Assembly (NCBI GenBank): GCA_035708085.1
Contig: DASSTE010000035.1
Span: forward strand, 8,870 to 72,869
Source: Gammaproteobacteria bacterium
GTDB lineage: Bacteria > Pseudomonadota > Gammaproteobacteria > Natronospirales > DASSBR01
DNA length: 64,000 nt
Direction of reading: 5' to 3'
How positions within the stretch are numbered: the first letter of the stretch is position 1; every line of letters starts with the position of its first letter. This document shows positions 58,431 to 64,000 of the stretch, piece after piece. Position numbers and translations under genes: made by a program. The notes beneath the pieces were generated by a model that had not been told where the DNA came from, did no database searches, and worked only from the letters and a program-made list of their open reading frames with translations.

Positions 58431-58538
58431 GAAAATCGAAAATGCGATTTTCGATTTCCTTCATTTTTCAATCGCTGCGCGATCGAAAAATGGCGGCAAA
58501 TCCGTTTACCGCAGGAACCTCTGACTCAGAGGTTCCTA
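58431..58538. repeat. Cluster of three AT-rich hairpins in the rplE-rpsN spacer
   Basis: Hairpin 1 is gaaaatcgaaaat-gcg-attttcgatttc. Hairpin 2 is tttttcaatcgc-tgc-gcgatcgaaaaa. Hairpin 3 is aggaacctctga-c-tcagaggttcct, which overlaps the rplE stop. Confidence 0.7.
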
Positions 58539-59068
58539 AACGGGAAGCTGAACGCCTTGAGCAGCGCGCGGCCTTCCTCGTCGGTCTTCGCCGTGGTCGT
58601 GATGGTGATGTCCATACCACGCACGGCGTCGATCTTGTCGTACTCGATTTCCGGAAAAATGATCTGCTCGCGCACGCCCAGCGTGTAATTGCCGCGGCCG
58701 TCGAACGCGCGGGCGTTGAGGCCGCGAAAGTCACGCACGCGCGGCAGCGCGATGTTGATCAACCGGTCCAGGAACTCGTACATCCGCTGGCGGCGCAAGG
58801 TCACCTTGCAGCCGATCGGCCAGCCTTCGCGAATCTTGAAGCCGGCGACCGACTTGCGTGCATGCGTCACGATCGGCTTCTGCCCCGCAATCCGCGCCAT
58901 GTCGCCGACGGCGTTGTCGACGATCTTCTTGTCGCCAACCGCCTCGCCAAGACCCATGTTCAGCGTGATCTTGGTAATGCGCGGGATTTCCATGACGTTC
59001 TTGTAGCCGAACTCGTCGCTCAGCTGCTTCGTCACGTTGTCCCGGTAATATTGCTGCAATCTTGCCAT
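58526..59068 (-). CDS. rplE: 50S ribosomal protein L5
   Basis: ORF trimmed to [22 protein letters not shown]. It ends in FPFRNL. Confidence 0.97.
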   Translation of the reverse strand: MARLQQYYRDNVTKQLSDEFGYKNVMEIPRITKITLNMGLGEAVGDKKIVDNAVGDMARIAGQKPIVTHARKSVAGFKIREGWPIGCKVTLRRQRMYEFLDRLINIALPRVRDFRGLNARAFDGRGNYTLGVREQIIFPEIEYDKIDAVRGMDITITTTAKTDEEGRALLKAFSFPFRNL

Positions 59069-59069
59069 C

Positions 59070-59384
59070 TTAGACGTCCACGACTTCGTTGTCGGACTTG
59101 AAATACCGGACCTTGCGGCCGTCCTCAAGCAGGCGGAACCCAACCCGGTCGCCCTTCTTCGCCATCGGGTTGTAGATCATCACGTTGGAGACGTGGATCG
59201 ACATTTCGCGATCGACGATGCCGCCGGTCACACCCGCGTTCGGGTTCGGCCGCACGTGCTTCTTGGCGACGTTGACGCCTTCGATCACCACGCGGTCGCC
59301 GGTCACCTTGAGGACCGGACCGCGACGGCCCTTGTCCTTGCCGGCGATGACGATGACTTCGTCGCCTTTTTTGATCCTGAGCAT
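59070..59384 (-). CDS. rplX: 50S ribosomal protein L24
   Basis: [20 protein letters not shown]. Confidence 0.97.
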   Translation of the reverse strand: MLRIKKGDEVIVIAGKDKGRRGPVLKVTGDRVVIEGVNVAKKHVRPNPNAGVTGGIVDREMSIHVSNVMIYNPMAKKGDRVGFRLLEDGRKVRYFKSDNEVVDV

Positions 59385-59396
59385 CTTGAGTCTCCG

Positions 59397-59765
59397 TTAC
59401 AGCACTTCGGGCGCCAGCGAAATGATTCGCATGAAGCGCTCGGTGCGCAGCTCGCGCGTCACGGGCCCGAAAATCCGGGTACCGATCGGCTCGAGCTTAT
59501 TGTTCAGCAGCACGGCCGCATTGCCGTCGAAGCGGATCAGCGAGCCGTCGGGCCGGCGCACGCCTTTCTTCGTCCGCACGACCACCGCATTGTAGACTTC
59601 GCCCTTCTTGACGCGGCCGCGCGGAATCGCGTCGTTGACGCTGACCTTGATCACGTCGCCGATGCGCGCGTAGCGGCGCTTCGACCCGCCGAGCACCTTG
59701 ATACAGCGGATATGGCGCGCGCCGCTGTTGTCGGCGGCATCCAGCACTGTCTGCATCTGAATCAT
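59397..59765 (-). CDS. rplN: 50S ribosomal protein L14
   Basis: [17 protein letters not shown]. Confidence 0.98.
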   Translation of the reverse strand: MIQMQTVLDAADNSGARHIRCIKVLGGSKRRYARIGDVIKVSVNDAIPRGRVKKGEVYNAVVVRTKKGVRRPDGSLIRFDGNAAVLLNNKLEPIGTRIFGPVTRELRTERFMRIISLAPEVL

Positions 59766-59803
59766 GAATCGATCCCGTTACTGCGTTGAATATCCGCGGG
59801 CCG

Positions 59804-60073
59804 TCAGGCGACCGTCGCGCGCTCCACAATTTCGACCAGCGTCCATGCCTTGCGCTTCGACAGCGGCCGGCAGGGCGTAATGGTGACGGTGTCGCCTTCC
59901 TGGCACTGGTTGTCGGCGTCGTGCGCCACCAGCTTCGTCCGGCGACGGATGTACTTGCCGTACAGCGGATGCTTGACCAGCCGCTCGACGACGACCGTAA
60001 TGGTCTTGTCCATCTTGTTGCTGGCGACCTTGCCGGTCACCGTCCGGGTCGGCTTTTCGTTCGTCTCGCTCAT
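59804..60073 (-). CDS. rpsQ: 30S ribosomal protein S17
   Basis: [32 protein letters not shown]. Confidence 0.97.
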   Translation of the reverse strand: MSETNEKPTRTVTGKVASNKMDKTITVVVERLVKHPLYGKYIRRRTKLVAHDADNQCQEGDTVTITPCRPLSKRKAWTLVEIVERATVA

Positions 60074-60267
60074 GCTTCGGCTCTCTGCTCGTTAAGCACC
60101 GTCTTGATCCGCGCGATATCGCGCTTGACCTTGCTGAGCTGGTCGGTGCGCGCCAACTGGCCGCTGCCGGCCTGCATGCGCAGGTTGAACAGCTCACGCT
60201 TCAGCGCCAGCAATTCCTCGCCCAGTTCCTTCGCGCTCTTCGCGCGCAATTCGTTTGCTCTCATCAC
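60070..60267 (-). CDS. rpmC: 50S ribosomal protein L29
   Basis: 65 aa with [27 protein letters not shown]. Confidence 0.95.
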   Translation of the reverse strand: MMRANELRAKSAKELGEELLALKRELFNLRMQAGSGQLARTDQLSKVKRDIARIKTVLNEQRAEA

Positions 60268-60677
60268 ATCACCGTCCGGCTGACAAACGCGGTGGTCACC
60301 GGCAACTTCGCCGCCGCAAGCCGGAATGCCTCGCGGGCGACTTCCTCGCTGACGCCTTCCATTTCATACAGCATGCGACCCGGCTGGATCTTGGCTACCC
60401 AGTACTCGACGTTGCCCTTGCCGTTGCCCATGCGCACTTCAAGCGGCTTCTTGGTCACCGGCACGTCCGGAAAAATCCGGATCCAGATCTTGCCGCCGCG
60501 CTTGACGTAGCGCGTCATCGCGCGCCGCGCCGCCTCGATCTGGCGCGCGGTAATGCGCCCGCGACCGATCGCCTTCAGGCCGAACTCGCCGAAATCGACA
60601 CTATTGCCGACTTGGGCCAGGCCGCGATTCTTGCCTTTCTGCTGCTTGCGGAAGCGCGTTCGCTTTGGTTGTAGCAT
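60264..60677 (-). CDS. rplP: 50S ribosomal protein L16
   Basis: [19 protein letters not shown]. Confidence 0.98.
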   Translation of the reverse strand: MLQPKRTRFRKQQKGKNRGLAQVGNSVDFGEFGLKAIGRGRITARQIEAARRAMTRYVKRGGKIWIRIFPDVPVTKKPLEVRMGNGKGNVEYWVAKIQPGRMLYEMEGVSEEVAREAFRLAAAKLPVTTAFVSRTVM

Positions 60678-60693
60678 CGATTACTCCGTAATC

Positions 60694-60774
60694 GGGTGAA
60701 GGGTTAAAGGTGAAGGGTTAAAGGGAGAAAATACATCTCGTACCTTTTAACCTTCGACCTTTTACCTTTGACCC
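60694..60774. repeat. Long imperfect hairpin built from tandem GGTGAAGGGTTAAA units (rpsC-rplP spacer)
   Basis: The left arm gggtgaagggttaaaggtgaagggttaaaggg contains the 14-mer twice. The right arm ccttttaaccttcgaccttttacctttgaccc is complementary at about 24 of 32 positions, plus wobble pairs. The loop is 17 nt. Confidence 0.7.
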
Positions 60775-60779
60775 GCCTT

Positions 60780-61454
60780 CTATACCTTCGCCGTCTTCTC
60801 GGCCGCGCCCTCGCCGAGGCTCGCGGTGTCGAGAATCTCGCCTTTGAATATCCACACCTTGACGCCGATAACGCCGTACGTGGTGCGTGCTTCGGTAAAG
60901 CCGTAGTCGATGTCCGCACGCAACGTGTGCAGCGGGACGCGGCCCTCGCGATACCACTCGCTGCGGGCAATTTCGGCGCCGTTCAGACGGCCGGAGACCC
61001 GCACCTTGATGCCGAGCGCGCCGAGGCGCATCGTGTTGGTTACCGCACGACGCATTGCGCGGCGGAACATGATGCGGCGCTCGAGCTGCTGCGCAATGCT
61101 TTCGGCAACCAGCTGCGCATCCAGCTCCGGCTTGCGAATCTCCTCGATGTTGACGTGCACGGGCACGTCCAGCATGCCGGTCAGTTCCTTGCGCAGCGCT
61201 TCAATGTCCTCGCCTTTCTTGCCGATCACCATGCCGGGGCGGGCGGTGTGGATCGTGATCAGCGCAGCCTTCGCCGGGCGCTCAATCTGGATCCGGCTCA
61301 CCGACGCCTGCTTCAGGCGCTCCTTCAGGAAATCGCGAATCTTGATGTCGGTCAGCAGCGCCTTGCCGTAGCTTTTGCTGTCCGCATACCACTTCGAATT
61401 CCAGTCGGCCGACACGCCGAGGCGAAACCCGATCGGATGAACTTTATGACCCAT
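60780..61454 (-). CDS. rpsC: 30S ribosomal protein S3
   Basis: [13 protein letters not shown]. Confidence 0.98.
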   Translation of the reverse strand: MGHKVHPIGFRLGVSADWNSKWYADSKSYGKALLTDIKIRDFLKERLKQASVSRIQIERPAKAALITIHTARPGMVIGKKGEDIEALRKELTGMLDVPVHVNIEEIRKPELDAQLVAESIAQQLERRIMFRRAMRRAVTNTMRLGALGIKVRVSGRLNGAEIARSEWYREGRVPLHTLRADIDYGFTEARTTYGVIGVKVWIFKGEILDTASLGEGAAEKTAKV

Positions 61455-61468
61455 ACGGTCCTACTCCG

Positions 61469-61798
61469 CTAGTCCGCGACCGTCACGGTAATGTGACTGG
61501 TGCGTTTCAGAATCTGGTTGCCACGCCCCTTGGCGCGTGCACGAAAACGCTTCATCGTCGGCCCTTCGTCGACCTGGATGCGCGCGACCTTGAGTTCGTC
61601 GATGTCCGCACCCTCGTTGTGCTCGGCGTTGGCAATTGCCGACTCCAGCACTTTGCGCACCAGCACCGCCGCCGCCTTGGGGCTGAACGTCAGCGTCTGC
61701 AGCGCCTGCTCGACGGGCTTGCCGCGCACCTGGTCCGCGACCAGGCGGGCCTTCTGCGCGGAAATTCGCGCGAACCTATGTTTTGCCGCCACTTGCAT
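61469..61798 (-). CDS. rplV: 50S ribosomal protein L22
   Basis: [18 protein letters not shown]. Confidence 0.97.
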   Translation of the reverse strand: MQVAAKHRFARISAQKARLVADQVRGKPVEQALQTLTFSPKAAAVLVRKVLESAIANAEHNEGADIDELKVARIQVDEGPTMKRFRARAKGRGNQILKRTSHITVTVAD

Positions 61799-61808
61799 GA
61801 CCCGCTCC

Positions 61809-62081
61809 TTACTTCGTCTTCCGGTCGCCGGAATGGCCCTTGAACGTGCGCGTCACGGCGAATTCGCCAAGCTTGTGCCCGACCATGTTTTCGCTGACCA
61901 GCACCGGTACGTGCTGGCGGCCGTTGTGGATCGCCAGTGTCAGGCCGACCATTTCAGGCGTGATCATGGAACGGCGCGACCAGGTCTTCACCGGTCGCCG
62001 GCTGTTGGCCGCCACCGCCGCCTCGACCTTTTTGGCCAGATGCGGATCGACGAACGGTCCTTTTTTGATCGAACGTGGCAC
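61809..62081 (-). CDS. rpsS: 30S ribosomal protein S19
   Basis: [15 protein letters not shown]. Confidence 0.98.
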   Translation of the reverse strand: MPRSIKKGPFVDPHLAKKVEAAVAANSRRPVKTWSRRSMITPEMVGLTLAIHNGRQHVPVLVSENMVGHKLGEFAVTRTFKGHSGDRKTK

Positions 62082-62096
62082 GTTAAGTAACCTCTA

Positions 62097-62933
62097 CTAC
62101 TTCGCCTTTTTGGCCTTGCGGCGGCGGACAATCATGTTGTCGGTGCGCTTGTTGCTGCGCGTCTTGAAGCCCTTGGTCGGCACGCCCCACGGCGACACCG
62201 GATGGCGACCGCCCGAGGTGCGGCCCTCGCCGCCGCCGTGCGGGTGATCGACCGGATTCATGACCACACCGCGCACCGTCGGCCGCACGCCGCGCCAGCG
62301 GCTGGCGCCGGCCTTGCCGAGCGAGCGCAGGCTGTGCTCGGAATTGCCGACTTCGCCCACCGTCGCGCGGCATTCCGACAGCACCCGGCGCATTTCGCCG
62401 GAGCGCATCCGCAGCGTCGCATAGGCGCCCTCGCGGGCGACGATCTGCGCCATGGCGCCGGCGCTGCGCGCCATTTGCGCGCCCTTGCCCGGCTTGAGCT
62501 CGATACAGTGCACCGTCGCGCCGACCGGGATATTGCGCAGCGGCAATGCATTGCCGGGCTTGATCGGCGCGTGCGCGCCGGAAATTACGTTGTCTCCCGC
62601 GGCCAGATCTTTCGGCGCAATTACGTAACGGCGCTCGCCGTCGGCGTACACCAGCAGGGCCAGATGCGCGCTGCGGTTCGGGTCATATTCGAGGCGTTCG
62701 ACGCGTGCCGGCACGCCGTCCTTGTCGCGCTTGAAATCGACCAGACGGTAGCGCTGCTTGTGCCCGCCGCCCTGGTGGCGCTGCGTCAGACGACCCTGGT
62801 TGTTGCGGCCGCCGGTACGCGTCTTTTTCGCGATCAGCGAAGCAACCGGCTCACCCTTGTGCAGGTCCGGCGTCTTGACCGCAACGTGAAAGCGGCGGCC
62901 CGCGGAAGTCGGTTTGGACTTTTTCAGTGCCAT
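62097..62933 (-). CDS. rplB: 50S ribosomal protein L2
   Basis: ORF trimmed to the ATG giving [14 protein letters not shown]. It carries [13 protein letters not shown]. Confidence 0.97.
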   Translation of the reverse strand: MALKKSKPTSAGRRFHVAVKTPDLHKGEPVASLIAKKTRTGGRNNQGRLTQRHQGGGHKQRYRLVDFKRDKDGVPARVERLEYDPNRSAHLALLVYADGERRYVIAPKDLAAGDNVISGAHAPIKPGNALPLRNIPVGATVHCIELKPGKGAQMARSAGAMAQIVAREGAYATLRMRSGEMRRVLSECRATVGEVGNSEHSLRSLGKAGASRWRGVRPTVRGVVMNPVDHPHGGGEGRTSGGRHPVSPWGVPTKGFKTRSNKRTDNMIVRRRKAKKAK

Positions 62934-62934
62934 A

Positions 62935-63228
62935 TTACTCACCCGCCAAATTGATGTCGCTACCCGGCGCGAGCGTCACGTATGCCTTTTTCCAGTCGCC
63001 CTGGCGACCGCGGCGGCCACCGAAGCGCTTCTGCTTGCCGTGCACGCTGACGGTCGAAACCGACTGCACCTTGACGTCGAACATCAATTCGACCGCGCGC
63101 GAAATATCGACCTTGGTCGCATCGCGCCGGACCTTGAACACGTTCTGGTTGTGCGCCTCGCCGACCAACGTGGCCTTTTCGGACACGTGCGGCGCGATCA
63201 GCACGTCCATGAGTTTTTCCTGGTTCAT
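62935..63228 (-). CDS. rplW: 50S ribosomal protein L23
   Basis: This is the 3' part of ORF 62935..63729. [20 protein letters not shown] is the L23 N-terminus. Its ATG overlaps the rplD stop (ATGA). Confidence 0.95.
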   Translation of the reverse strand: MNQEKLMDVLIAPHVSEKATLVGEAHNQNVFKVRRDATKVDISRAVELMFDVKVQSVSTVSVHGKQKRFGGRRGRQGDWKKAYVTLAPGSDINLAGE

Positions 63229-63830
63229 GCGAGCCATTCCTCCAGACGCCGTAGCGCGGGCACGGTGATCAGCACCTTCTCGTAGCCGATCAGGCTGACC
63301 GGATCGACCAGGTTCACGTCGCGCACATCGACCTCGGCCAGGTTCCGCGCGGCAAGATACAGTTTTTCGTCGACGCCGGCGGTGACGATCAGCACGTTGT
63401 CGAGATTGAGCTCCTTGAGCTTGCCGGCGAGCTGCTTGGTCTTGGGCGCGTCGACGCCGAATTCCTCCAGCACCACCAGGCGCTCCTGGCGCACCAGCTC
63501 GGACATGATCGCCGCGAGCGCGCCGCGGTACATCTTGCGGTTGACCTTCTGGCTGAAGTCGCGCGGCTTGGCGGCGAATACCTTGCCGCCGCCCTTCCAC
63601 AGCGGGCTGCGGATGGTGCCGGCACGCGCGCGGCCGGTGCCCTTCTGGCGCCACGGCTTCTTGCCGCCGCCGCGCACTTCGGTGCGCGTCTTCTGTGCCT
63701 TGGTGCCGGCACGGCCGCCGGCGAGCCATGCGGTTACGACCTGGTGGACCAGCGGCTCGTTGAATTCACGTCCGAACGCGGCATCCGAAACGGTCAGCGA
63801 GGAAGAAGCGTTATGCAGTTGCAGTTCCAT
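63225..63830 (-). CDS. rplD: 50S ribosomal protein L4
   Basis: 201 aa with [22 protein letters not shown]. Confidence 0.97.
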   Translation of the reverse strand: MELQLHNASSSLTVSDAAFGREFNEPLVHQVVTAWLAGGRAGTKAQKTRTEVRGGGKKPWRQKGTGRARAGTIRSPLWKGGGKVFAAKPRDFSQKVNRKMYRGALAAIMSELVRQERLVVLEEFGVDAPKTKQLAGKLKELNLDNVLIVTAGVDEKLYLAARNLAEVDVRDVNLVDPVSLIGYEKVLITVPALRRLEEWLA

Positions 63831-63840
63831 GGCCGTCTCC

Positions 63841-64000
63841 TCAGCTCGCCGCTTTTGCCTTGGCGGATGGGCGAACCATCACATCGCCGCCGGCCGAGCC
63901 CGGCACCGCGCCGCGAATCAGCAGCAGGTTGCGATCGACATCGACACGCACGACTTCGAGATTCTGTGCGGTGCGGCGCTTCGCGCCGAGGTGGCCGGCC
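63841..64000 (-). CDS. rplC: 50S ribosomal protein L3 (C-terminal fragment; gene continues beyond the window)
   Basis: The reverse strand reads ..[51 protein letters not shown]. Confidence 0.9.
   Translation of the reverse strand, partial: AGHLGAKRRTAQNLEVVRVDVDRNLLLIRGAVPGSAGGDVMVRPSAKAKAAS

Noticed and set aside
58441-58482. 13-codon ORF ([13 protein letters not shown]) on the transcribed strand of the rplE-rpsN spacer
   Set aside because: It has no RBS and lies entirely within hairpin arms, so it is more likely non-coding structure.
57692-59101. 469-aa plus-strand ORF spanning rpsH, rpsN and rplE
   Set aside because: It is antisense to three unmistakable ribosomal protein genes and is a compositional artefact.

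Overview
High-GC (about two-thirds G+C by eye) proteobacterial chromosome segment. Gene order and ribosomal-protein sequences look gammaproteobacterial, possibly Xanthomonadales-like; this is inference, since no search was run. Positions 1-51 kb hold mixed housekeeping and accessory genes. These include a c-di-GMP signalling protein, several secreted peptidases (M28, S53, M61) and metX plus a bifunctional aspartokinase/homoserine dehydrogenase. Also present are cysH, a Fur-box-preceded P19/polyferredoxin/porin iron cluster and an ArsR-CDF metal module. The same stretch carries a BlaI/BlaR1-type module with HEAT-repeat sensor proteins, a PAS-GAF hybrid kinase with two kinase cores and a full-length Lhr helicase. 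It ends with hsp20-lon, an Omp85-family gene, CPA2 and MFS transporters, topoisomerase IB, hipBA, gmk and yicC. Positions 51-64 kb are the alpha-spc-S10 ribosomal super-operon on the minus strand (rplQ to a truncated rplC). I recognised no rRNA, tRNA, CRISPR array, transposase, integrase or reverse transcriptase. The signals not explained by ordinary annotation are as follows. (1) At least five families of palindromic or tandem repeat elements are present. One is a heptamer-array plus inverted-repeat element that brackets the Omp85 gene and also sits inside the ribosomal operon. Another family is inserted in frame twice in lhr. (2) Structured inserts of 100-150 nt lie between ribosomal genes that are normally adjacent. 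(3) The BlaI-M56-HEAT three-gene module has a perfect 20-bp operator and no known ligand. (4) The P19 iron cluster lacks an FTR1 permease. All family assignments come from motif recognition by eye and need HMM or BLAST confirmation.
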